Assembly (NCBI GenBank): GCA_016190065.1 | Contig: JACPRI010000068.1 | Location: 1-51,838, forward strand | From: Verrucomicrobiota bacterium | GTDB taxonomy: Bacteria > Verrucomicrobiota > Verrucomicrobiia > Limisphaerales > SIBE01 | Direction of reading: 5' to 3' | DNA length: 51,838 nucleotides | Shown here: piece by piece, positions 1-8,661 of the stretch | Layout: every line of letters begins with the position of its first letter | How positions within the stretch are numbered: position 1 is the first letter of the stretch | Position numbers and translations under genes: made by a program | The notes under the pieces: generated by a model | Seen by the model: the letters and a program-made list of their open reading frames with translations, nothing else | The model's database searches: none | Told to the model about the DNA's origin: nothing

Positions 1-1
1 C

Positions 2-748
2 AATCGTGTCCCCGCGTCGCGCGAGAAGGGCCTTCACCGAGCCACCTGGGATCTCCGTTTCCCCAGCGCTGAACCGGTGAATCTTCGGACGCGAAGACCA
101 GATGAAGAAGCCTCCTACGAGGACCCGCGCATCTCAGGCCCGCTCGCCTTGCCCGGCAAATATACCGTCACGCTCATCAAAGAGATTGACGGCAAGCCGT
201 CGGATCTCACCTCGCCCGTCGCGTTCAATGTGGTTCCGCTTGAGATGGCGGCGTTTGCCGCCAAAGACAAAGCGGCGACGCTGGCGTTCAATCAGAAAGT
301 CAGCCGTCTCCAGCGCGCGGTCGAAGGCACACTGCGGGCCGCAGGAGAAATCCAAACTCGCCTCGATCACCTGCGCAAAGCCATCACTCAAACGCCGGGC
401 GCAAGCCCTGATTTGCTCGCGGAAGTTCGCTCGTTGGATCAGCGCCTGCACGCGTTGCAGACTCAACTCCGAGGGGATCCTTCCTTGGCCAAACGCGAAG
501 AGCCTATGCCGCCATCGATCGCGCAGCGTGTGCAAAGCATCGTCGGCACCCAATGGCGCGTGACGTCCGCTCCGACGCAAACGCACCGCGACGCTTACCG
601 CTACGCCGGCGAAGCCTTCGAGAAAACGCTGGCTGACTTCCGCACCCTCGCGGACAGGGACTTGCCTGCCTTCGAATCCAAACTCGAAGCCGCCGGCGCG
701 CCCTGGACCCCTGGTCGCATTCCGCAGTGGAAGATGGAGAGGGAGTAG
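2..748 (+). CDS. C-terminal fragment of a large secreted protein (5' end outside the window); resembles the C-terminus of BNR/VPS10-repeat glycosyl-hydrolase-like proteins
   Basis: Frame 2 is open from nt 2. GLHRATWDLRFPSAEPVNL precedes the listed Met at 77, and the stop is at 746-748. The protein is coherent and non-repetitive. The family guess rests only on the WDLR(F/Y)P ... PGxYTVxL block recalled from memory. Confidence 0.55.
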   Translation, partial: NRVPASREKGLHRATWDLRFPSAEPVNLRTRRPDEEASYEDPRISGPLALPGKYTVTLIKEIDGKPSDLTSPVAFNVVPLEMAAFAAKDKAATLAFNQKVSRLQRAVEGTLRAAGEIQTRLDHLRKAITQTPGASPDLLAEVRSLDQRLHALQTQLRGDPSLAKREEPMPPSIAQRVQSIVGTQWRVTSAPTQTHRDAYRYAGEAFEKTLADFRTLADRDLPAFESKLEAAGAPWTPGRIPQWKMERE

Positions 749-1019
749 CCGCAAAAAGAGCGCCGAGATCACAAAGCAAGGTTGTTCCAGGCCACTCGCT
801 TCATTCAGCCAGACGAGGGGTGTAGAAATCGCCGGCCTTTCTTCTCTTTGAGTTCTTTCGCGGCTACCCAACTCCTCCTCTTAAATTCAAGCATCAAGAA
901 GCTGCTGTTCCCGTTGTCCCCTGTTCAAAACAGTTCAGTGCTGCACGGCGGCCTGTTCTTCTTTCTGCCACGCCCTACTGACGAGCCTTTCCCCTCTTTC
1001 CCACGGCTCGCGAGGGCGC

Positions 1020-1756
1020 TCACCCCACCGTCGCCGCGCTAGGCGTGATACGTGCCGGCGATTCTCGCGATCCGTTCGCGTGGGCGTTCACGAATTCAAC
1101 CGATTGCACGAACATGCCGCCCGAACCGCAGCACGGGTCGAAGACGCGGACGAGGATGTCCTTGGAACGATGGTCGCCCTCACCCCCAGCCCCTCTCCCA
1201 TCCGATGGGAGAGGGTGGCGCGAAGCGACGGGTGAGGGTTTGAAGTCAATCGTTGAAATCAAATCAATGATGCCGCCGAGACTTTGTTTGTCGAGGTGCG
1301 GGCGGGCGTATTCCTTGGGCAGCGTGTTCTTGAGCCAGGGATTATCGCGCTCAATGGCGATCATGGCGCTGCCGAGCAGCTTGCCGATGACGGGGTCTTT
1401 AGCGCGGCCTTGCAGATAGGACCAGCGGGCCTTGGTCGGTACCCAGAAGATGTTGTCGGCGGTGTATTGGGCTTCCCAGGCCCGCCACGAGAATGTTGCC
1501 CGACAGTTGACGTTCGCTTCGCGAATCGTGGTGTCGCGGTCTTCGGGTCAGCGCCTTTTTCCTTCTGCAACTCGGCGTGTTTCTCCTCGAAGGCGTCGGA
1601 GATGTATTTGAGGAAGATGAGGCCGAGGACGACGTGCTTGTATTTCGCAGCGTCCAGATTGCCGCGGAGTTTGTCCGCCGTGGCCCAAAGGGTGGCTTCA
1701 AAGCCGAGGGCAGGCGCGCCTTTGCCAGATTGCTGAGAGGTATTTCCTCGTGCCAT
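1020..1756 (-). pseudogene. hsdM: Type I restriction-modification methyltransferase HsdM relic (frameshifted and 3'-truncated)
   Basis: ORF 1361..1756 carries the HsdM N-terminal block ([38 protein letters not shown]). The frame then changes to ORF 1020..1364, which carries IERDNPWLKNTLPKEYARP and the SAM motif DPCCGSGGMF. It stops about 250 aa into a family of about 500 aa. No hsdS or hsdR is nearby. Confidence 0.7.
1177..1239. repeat. GC-rich nested palindromic (REP-like) element inserted in-frame in the hsdM relic
   Basis: Outer arms are ccctcaccc / gggtgaggg. The inner hairpin is ccctctcccatc-c-gatgggagaggg. It translates as the foreign PLPSDGRGAGGEG segment that interrupts conserved HsdM sequence. 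Confidence 0.65.
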
Positions 1757-1857
1757 GCACGGAGGATGGCAAACTCAAGCAGGTCTCGCAAGTGGATCGA
1801 CAGGAATTTGGTCGGATACGGAGGATCAAATTCTTACGAGCATGGAATTGCCGCGGT

Positions 1858-2100
1858 TTACTTCCTTCGCGTGGATGGATCCCGAAGCAATTGGTCCAGG
1901 AAGAACTCGCAAGCCTCGGATTCTGAGTCGAAGAATCGAAGGCCATTTTTTTCGCCTCGCTCGCAGTAGTAAATCGCCCACCGACCATTTGGCTCCGGGG
2001 ACAGAACATAACGCTCTGACGGACGGCCACCGTCGAGACAATATGCTGCCGGGTAAACACCAGCTTCCTCAAGTCGGGACTTTAGTTCTTGTTTATTCAT
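1858..2100 (-). CDS. Small immunity-like protein (possible orphan immunity gene)
   Basis: 80-aa ORF (MNKQELKSRLEEAGVYPAAYCLDGG...WAIYYCERGEKNGLRFFDSESEACEFFLDQLL), co-oriented with and just downstream of the Rhs toxin/immunity pair. Its size and acidic character fit polymorphic-toxin immunity proteins. No named family recognised. Confidence 0.5.
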   Translation of the reverse strand: MNKQELKSRLEEAGVYPAAYCLDGGRPSERYVLSPEPNGRWAIYYCERGEKNGLRFFDSESEACEFFLDQLLRDPSTRRK

Positions 2101-2230
2101 GGTGTTACAAGTTCCAAGAAACCGCGTTTGACAAGCACATTAATCGAGACGGGCAGTTCGTATTGTGTGCCGAGACCGGGTTGACTAAACCTAGGCATTT
2201 AAGGAAGTTTTTCCGACAGGCTGCTCAGAG

Positions 2231-2545
2231 CTACTTCCACCACCAACTGAAAATCCATTCAAGAGCCGCTACCGCCTTAGCATCAAGTTCAGGATGCCTG
2301 TCGCTTAGCTCTGTCCCCGCCCACCGGGAAGCGCTCACCAGCGTATGGGCGCTCCAATCGGGCTTCAGTTGATCCAGTTCACCGAGCACTTGTTTCACCT
2401 TAAGCTCAAGTTGACGACCAACTTCTGGTCCAAATTCGCGCACCAAACGCTCCCCGTCCTCCTTCGGGAATGGTGTGATGCCATATCCCACGTACAAAGG
2501 GACAGCAGCGCTAATCAAATCTTGTGTATTCCTCATATTGTTCAT
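2231..2545 (-). CDS. Putative cognate immunity protein of the Rhs toxin
   Basis: 104-aa ORF whose ATG overlaps the Rhs stop codon (ATGA at 2542-2545), the usual toxin-immunity coupling. No signal peptide and no recognised family. Confidence 0.6.
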   Translation of the reverse strand: MNNMRNTQDLISAAVPLYVGYGITPFPKEDGERLVREFGPEVGRQLELKVKQVLGELDQLKPDWSAHTLVSASRWAGTELSDRHPELDAKAVAALEWIFSWWWK

Positions 2546-5500
2546 CGGCTGAAGATTAACGTCTCGGCCCCTGTTGCCGGATCAACTCGGATGATACGCG
2601 TAACATTTTCATTGGCCTTCAGAGCCGGAAGTTCGATGCGTTCCCAGATATTACCAGGCCTAAGCTTGGTGCCAAGGAGGACTCTAACCTCGCCACTTGC
2701 ACCTCGCGCAAAAGCCGCAGAAACGGTTTCCCAAGCAGCAACTGATATGGGACTCGCAGCATCCCAAACCGGCAGCTTGATGCCGCGCGCCGCAAGCAAC
2801 AATTCGAGCGTAGTTCCTCCTCGACCGAATGCACTTTCTGCTGCTTTCGCAGATCCACCGTGTCCAAGGCCCGACCAAAAATAGGCTTGGCCAGATCCAG
2901 TCGACAAACTGTTGGGCACTGATTTCGTAGGGGTTGTCGTGGCAGCTCTGCTGCCTGCGGTTCCAAACGTGAAACATCTTGTTCCGGCAACGGTTGGCGT
3001 AACTGAAGTTGTGAAAGTCAGGTAAAGGTTCGCCGACCCGCTGGCTATGTTGGCGGTTGCATTCACGGCATCGACATCGCCGCTCGTGATGGTCCCTCCA
3101 TATCGAGGGTAATCCAATTGATATTCCTTTATACTGTCGTAACCGCGTGCTCTCACCATGGCCCGCATCACTGATTGCCCCTGAATTTTTCTTAAGCCGG
3201 TTCCAATGCCCCAGATATAATCAGTGTAATCGCGCCAATCCAGCCCAAGAGGGTCAACGACGTTTACCGGGTCGTTACCCACAAACTGATAGAGATTGAT
3301 CCCACCCGCTTCCCCAAGCGGATCCCTGGTCAGCCACCGTTGGAAATTCGGATCATAAAAGCGTTCGCCGTAGTAGTAGATTCCGGCTTTCGGATCGTAC
3401 TCCTTGCTGGAGAAGCGATAGGTGTTGACGTCGGCCAGCGGGCCAATGGACCCGATCAGACTTCCGAATGGATCGTACACGTATTTGGCCACGGCTTGCT
3501 GGCTGGCGTTGATCAGCATCGTGACGTTGCCGGTGCCATCGGCGTGGTAATACGCGGTCGATCCGGAGGAATCGGTTCGGGCCAGCAACCCGCCAATTCC
3601 TCCCGCCCCTTCCAGACTGCCGCTCAAGTCCAGGCCCCGAGTGTAGGTGGCCACGAGTTGATCGTTATAGTCGCGCTCTTGAACCACCAGATTCCCATCG
3701 TACAGGTAGCGGGTGAATTTCAGCAGATTGCCCGAGCCGTCATACTCTTTGCGATACCGGCGCCGCCCCAAGCCGTCGTAGATGTATTCCACCCTCCAGG
3801 ACCCGCTTACCAGCACCTGGATCAGCCGGTTCTCGTCGTCGTAAGCAAAACTCCGTTGCCCGTCGCTGGTCAGGTTGCCAGCGTAGTCGTAGCCAAAGTT
3901 GATCGTTCCTCCCCAATTGCCGCCCGTGGTGTCGGAGGCGGTGTTGCCGGCCGTTCCATTGACGGTGGCGGTGTAGTTGCCAACCAGACCCAGGCCTTGC
4001 GCCACAAACGCGCCGTCTGAGTAAAGCCCCATTGGGACCCCATTAACATTGATCGAACTGACCGAACCGCTGGTCATTCCGGCTACCGTGAGCGTTCCCG
4101 TGGAACTCGCGGTGCTGAGCCGATTGCGGGTGCCTAAGGTAAAATCCTGCCGCAAGGCGTCGTTCCATCGCAAGTTCAAGTTGCCCGCCGCGTCGAATCC
4201 CCAGTTCATCTGCTCGTGCCAGCGCTCGGCTCCGTTGCTCTCATAACCGCGGGAAGAGTAGAGCTGGCCTAGGTCATCGTAGCCGTAATTCACATAGTTA
4301 CCCATGCGCGTTTGCCTCGTGCGCCTGTGGGCGTTGTCGTAAAGGTAGGCGTGCCGGTTCAGAGCGCTGCCGCCGCCGTTCCGTAGTTCGGTGGAACTCA
4401 ACCGCCCCAACGCGTCGTAGCCATTCACAATCGAACCGCCGGTCGGCAAAGCAATATTGCTCACCCGTCCACTGGCTCCGGCGTAGCTGTAGGTAAATGT
4501 TCCCGCCGGCGACACGACGGAGCGCAAACGCGCCGCCGAATCATAAGTGTAATCCTGGGTCCAAAATGAACCGTCCGGTTTGCTCGCGCTCAAGCGGCTT
4601 CGGTGCCGATTCAGGTCGTAGCTGAAAGCGAAAGTGTCGTAACCCAGAGGCGGGTTTTCTTCCGCCAACGCACCGAAAGCCGTGTAGCCAAACGTGGTTG
4701 TGCCTGTGGCGTCCGACATGCTCACCATCCGGTCCAGCGCGTCGTAGCTGAAGCTGACATCGGGACTGGTGGGATAGTCGATGGAGGTCAGGTTCCCCAC
4801 TGCGTCATAGCTGTAAAACGTAGCCCCTATGATGGGGTAGCTCCGGCTTCTCAAACGATCGTTGGCGTCGTAGTTAAAATAGGCCACATCGCCGCCAGAA
4901 TCCAACTTTCTGGTCAAGCGTCCTCCCGCATCGTAGATCCATCCCGTGCCTTGCCCTTTCGCATCGACCAGTCCCGTCAAGTCGCCGGCGCCATTGAAAT
5001 AATAGAGCGTGGTCTGGTTCTTGGCGTTCGTGACTGTGACCTTAATGTTGGTCCAGTCGTAACTGTATGTGGTCACTTTCCCCAGCGCGTCGGTGTGGCG
5101 AGTCAACCCGTCCGCCGAATACTCGAAATATTCCGTGCCACCGCCGGACTCGCTGCGCGCAATCATCCGCCCCAACCGATCATAGCTCATGCTGATCGTC
5201 GGCCCGCCGTTGCTTGTGATGGTGACCGGGCGGTCTTCGGAATCGTACGTGACGCTGGCGACCTGGCCAGCGGGGTTGCTGACCGACGTGATTACGCCCT
5301 GATTATTGTAGCTGTAAGTAGCCACGACGCTGCCCGAGTTATCGAGCAAATCGGTGGCCTGGCCCAAAAGATTGTATCGGTAATTTCGCGCGGTTCCGCC
5401 CGGATAAACCACGCTCGTTTGGTGGCCAGCATTGTCGTATATGAAAGTCGTCACCTGGCTCAGAGCATCCGTGATCGTTTCCAGAGCGCCGCACGCACAG

Positions 5501-8500
5501 TACCCAAAGCTGGTGGTGTAATTGCGCGCGTTCCTGACCGAAGTGCGCTGGCGGAGGCCGTTGTAAGTGAACGATGTCGTGTAGCCAAGCCGGTCGGTGA
5601 CGCTGGTTGGATCCAATATGTTCAACCCCATTCCCGGCTGCAGTTCGCTGCTCAAGGCGTAGCTAATCGACTCGAAGCCTCCTGTGGAGTAATCAATCCG
5701 AGTAACGCGTTGCAGATTGTCCCAGGTAAAGGTCCGAACCAGCCCGAGTTCGTCCGTGTGGGTATTGACAAGGCCGTTGGGGTAATAAGTGAAAGTCTCT
5801 CGGCTGATTTCAATGTTCCAAGACACGGTCCGATGCTTGCGGATGTTGAGCCGGTTGTCGGTGTTGTAGGTGAATTCGGTAACGGTGCTGTTTGGATGAT
5901 TGATCGCGGTGAGCAACCGAGTCGTGGCGTTGTAAGAGAGCGTCGTGACGTAGGTTGTGGTGGCGTTGACCTGCCGCGTGATGCGACTGACCTGGCGATA
6001 AGGATTGTCGTACTCGTAGGTGGCGATCAAACCGCCGGGACCTTGTTCCTGGGTCAGATTGCCGCTTGAGTCGTAAGTGTAAGTGAAGGTCCGAGCGGTG
6101 GAACCGTTCCCATAGGTGCTGGTGACGCTCAAGGGGCGGCCCCAACTGTCGCGCTGATAATATTCATACCAGGTGGAGCCATCGGGGAGTTTGCGCGCGG
6201 TCACGGAAGCCAGGATTTGGTCGCCCTTCCAATCCGTGCCGTTGGGGTTTTTGTTGGCGTGATCAAACCAGGTCTTTTGTCCTTCGATGACACCGTCCGG
6301 ACTGGGATCGCGCTCGAGGGCCAGTGTGTCGATTGCTGTGGACGTCTCTCCGTGAATAGCGCCGCCTAGCCAATGCCGCATGCGGCCTTTGATTTGGTCA
6401 CTCGTTGTCAAGTCAGCGATAGCGCCGGAGGATTGGAAATTGGCGGACAGACTCAAAAACTGCTTTGGGTTCCAATAAAAGCTATTTCGGACGCCGACCG
6501 CAATGTTGTCGAATGTATTCAGTGGCGTGCCCGCCGGAACTTCAGCAGATGGGAACGATCCCCCCGGCGGCCAGTTGGATTGAAACAGATAGCGCTGTTT
6601 GCCGCCGCCGGGTTGGGTGACCGTTATGACGCGCTCATACGGCTCATTTCCTCCGTAGGGATCGCGATGTTGAAAGACGGTGGCGCCGTAAGGTGTTGTC
6701 AGTTGGATCGGCCAGCCATTGCTGTCATACGTGATCGAACTCGATAGTCCTCCGACATCTGTGACGCCAGTGAGTTGCTCATAGATGTTGTAACGAAACG
6801 AGGCAGTCCGACCAAATGGGTCCACGACACTACTGACGAGGTTCGGGTTGCTCCCGCCAGTGTCGTAATTGATGGTCGTGGCCCGGTTATTGGCATCGAC
6901 GATGTATTTCAGCCGCACGACCTGCACCTCGGGATCGTAGATGTCGTATTCGAAATAGATGGCGCGGCCTTGCGGGTCGCGCCTTTGAGAAAGGAAAAAC
7001 TTCGTGGCATATCCGTAAAGGTCCGCCTTCAGGAACCCATAAATATCTTTACTGCCGTCCGGGAACGAGAGTTCAAAGCTCGTCACGTATCCGGTGGATG
7101 GATTAACAGTTTTTTTGAGGCGGGAGTAGTTGTAATAGTTTGGGGCGATGGCCTCGTTGCCGCCGTTGAACAGGAAGGTGGACTTTCCACCGCCCGGCAA
7201 CTGCAAAACGGCGGAGTACCCGAAGTTCTCCAAGTAGGCCAACCAGTTGCAGTTCCAGCCTTTCCCAAATGAAGTTTGATCCGTGTTGAGGCCGGCATAC
7301 TCATCGCGTTGTTTGTACGCCAGTTCGAGAGCGACGACAGGGCCGTAGGCGGGCTCATAAGCCAAAGGAGCATCCTCCAGCCAAAGATTGATGTAGGGCT
7401 CGGACACGCGCCAGACCGGCATTCCACCCGGTTTGCTGGAAGCTTGGCAACCGTCACAACCTCCATGGCCCGCAGCCACGGAGCACCTTTGGTCGTCCGA
7501 ATCGCCCATGAAGTTTGGATTGCCTCGGCCCACGACTTGTCGGGCTTCCGTGTCGGGAACGGCGCGCCAGCCCGTCGGTACTTTGCTGGCCGGGACCATG
7601 AAGTAACCACTGGCTTCCGCATTGATCGCCTCCGCACTCAAATGAGTGGGATGACCGAAAGTGGGATCGACTACTTGGTAGAGGTCTCCAATCTTTGCCG
7701 TAATCGCGGCGTAATGATTCTGCTTCCAATGCACCACACTCGGGACGACGAGTTCGTCCCCCGCCGGACGATGCACGCCGGTGATGCCCAGTTTGAGTCG
7801 ATCAGCGATTTCCGAAAGTGCTTTGAGCGTGAACCCGGCGGCAGGTGAGCCCTCGCGATCCAGCGCTTTGGCGTCGTAGTTCCGGCCATACAATTGGAAG
7901 GCGACTTGGGCTAACGCATAGGTGCCGCAACGATAGGAGACCTCCGGTACGCGTTGCATTTCAATAAAGGCTTCGTACGTCCGGAGGTACATTTGAGAAA
8001 GCGGGCCGCGGTCGAGCACGCGCCCTTGGGTCTCCTGGAAGATTTCTTTGAGTTTTTCCAATCGTCCTAAACTCGCCAGCAGGCGTGTCCAATGGGCCAA
8101 GGTTGAATCAGCCACGGCTTTCCCGTCGCCGTCTTTGTAGGGCTTGGTTGCTTGCCAAGCTGCTTCCCAATGGTCCAAGGCCAGGGTTTGCCGACCCTCT
8201 TTTCGATAGTGCTTGCCTAAGTTCACTCGCAACGAGGGCGTCCACGATGAATCGGGATGCGCGGCGATGAAATTTTCCAGGGCGTTCAATTCGTCTTTCA
8301 CAGCCTGTCCCCGGCGCTGGGCCTTTGCCTTTTCGTCCTGGGCCGCGGCGACAGCCGTCGTGGTGGCTTCAAAGATTTTATCCAATTGGCGCGCGTCCGC
8401 CTCGCTTGCGGGTGAGTCGCCGACAGAGAGAATCCTCTCGTGAAGGACGCTCGATCGTTTGGACGGTTTGGGCTTATCTTTGTTCGCAGCGGCGTTGTCG

Positions 8501-8610
8501 GCGGCGCCAACAGGGCGCGGGATTGACGTGAGGCCGATTAGAAGTAGCAAGACAGCGCCGCTTGATTTCAAGGACCTTAGATCGTTGGGCAAATGGCAAA
8601 ACATTCTCAT
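2542..8610 (-). CDS. Rhs/YD-repeat polymorphic toxin (2022 aa) with an N-terminal C39-like cysteine peptidase domain and a variable C-terminal toxin tip
   Basis: It has a signal peptide (SSGAVLLLLIGLTSIPRPVGAAD) and a papain/C39-like block (RCGTYALAQ...VVHWKQNHYAAI...VVDP). Dozens of YD repeats follow (YDxxGNL, YxYDxxxRL). The Rhs core ends at NLYQFVGNDPVNVVDPLGL, followed by a 232-aa tip. Confidence 0.92.
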   Translation of the reverse strand: MRMFCHLPNDLRSLKSSGAVLLLLIGLTSIPRPVGAADNAAANKDKPKPSKRSSVLHERILSVGDSPASEADARQLDKIFEATTTAVAAAQDEKAKAQRRGQAVKDELNALENFIAAHPDSSWTPSLRVNLGKHYRKEGRQTLALDHWEAAWQATKPYKDGDGKAVADSTLAHWTRLLASLGRLEKLKEIFQETQGRVLDRGPLSQMYLRTYEAFIEMQRVPEVSYRCGTYALAQVAFQLYGRNYDAKALDREGSPAAGFTLKALSEIADRLKLGITGVHRPAGDELVVPSVVHWKQNHYAAITAKIGDLYQVVDPTFGHPTHLSAEAINAEASGYFMVPASKVPTGWRAVPDTEARQVVGRGNPNFMGDSDDQRCSVAAGHGGCDGCQASSKPGGMPVWRVSEPYINLWLEDAPLAYEPAYGPVVALELAYKQRDEYAGLNTDQTSFGKGWNCNWLAYLENFGYSAVLQLPGGGKSTFLFNGGNEAIAPNYYNYSRLKKTVNPSTGYVTSFELSFPDGSKDIYGFLKADLYGYATKFFLSQRRDPQGRAIYFEYDIYDPEVQVVRLKYIVDANNRATTINYDTGGSNPNLVSSVVDPFGRTASFRYNIYEQLTGVTDVGGLSSSITYDSNGWPIQLTTPYGATVFQHRDPYGGNEPYERVITVTQPGGGKQRYLFQSNWPPGGSFPSAEVPAGTPLNTFDNIAVGVRNSFYWNPKQFLSLSANFQSSGAIADLTTSDQIKGRMRHWLGGAIHGETSTAIDTLALERDPSPDGVIEGQKTWFDHANKNPNGTDWKGDQILASVTARKLPDGSTWYEYYQRDSWGRPLSVTSTYGNGSTARTFTYTYDSSGNLTQEQGPGGLIATYEYDNPYRQVSRITRQVNATTTYVTTLSYNATTRLLTAINHPNSTVTEFTYNTDNRLNIRKHRTVSWNIEISRETFTYYPNGLVNTHTDELGLVRTFTWDNLQRVTRIDYSTGGFESISYALSSELQPGMGLNILDPTSVTDRLGYTTSFTYNGLRQRTSVRNARNYTTSFGYCACGALETITDALSQVTTFIYDNAGHQTSVVYPGGTARNYRYNLLGQATDLLDNSGSVVATYSYNNQGVITSVSNPAGQVASVTYDSEDRPVTITSNGGPTISMSYDRLGRMIARSESGGGTEYFEYSADGLTRHTDALGKVTTYSYDWTNIKVTVTNAKNQTTLYYFNGAGDLTGLVDAKGQGTGWIYDAGGRLTRKLDSGGDVAYFNYDANDRLRSRSYPIIGATFYSYDAVGNLTSIDYPTSPDVSFSYDALDRMVSMSDATGTTTFGYTAFGALAEENPPLGYDTFAFSYDLNRHRSRLSASKPDGSFWTQDYTYDSAARLRSVVSPAGTFTYSYAGASGRVSNIALPTGGSIVNGYDALGRLSSTELRNGGGSALNRHAYLYDNAHRRTRQTRMGNYVNYGYDDLGQLYSSRGYESNGAERWHEQMNWGFDAAGNLNLRWNDALRQDFTLGTRNRLSTASSTGTLTVAGMTSGSVSSINVNGVPMGLYSDGAFVAQGLGLVGNYTATVNGTAGNTASDTTGGNWGGTINFGYDYAGNLTSDGQRSFAYDDENRLIQVLVSGSWRVEYIYDGLGRRRYRKEYDGSGNLLKFTRYLYDGNLVVQERDYNDQLVATYTRGLDLSGSLEGAGGIGGLLARTDSSGSTAYYHADGTGNVTMLINASQQAVAKYVYDPFGSLIGSIGPLADVNTYRFSSKEYDPKAGIYYYGERFYDPNFQRWLTRDPLGEAGGINLYQFVGNDPVNVVDPLGLDWRDYTDYIWGIGTGLRKIQGQSVMRAMVRARGYDSIKEYQLDYPRYGGTITSGDVDAVNATANIASGSANLYLTFTTSVTPTVAGTRCFTFGTAGSRAATTTPTKSVPNSLSTGSGQAYFWSGLGHGGSAKAAESAFGRGGTTLELLLAARGIKLPVWDAASPISVAAWETVSAAFARGASGEVRVLLGTKLRPGNIWERIELPALKANENVTRIIRVDPATGAETLIFSR

Positions 8611-8661
8611 GGCATTCTCCTTTGTGGCTTCAATAACAGACTGACTTTGTGATCCGACGGA

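Noticed and set aside
4603-6069. 488-aa ORF on the plus strand inside the Rhs gene.
   Set aside because: It is antisense to a region with unmistakable YD-repeat coding signal. The sequence is low-complexity and Arg/Ala/Val-rich, as expected for shadow ORFs in high-GC DNA. No motifs were found.
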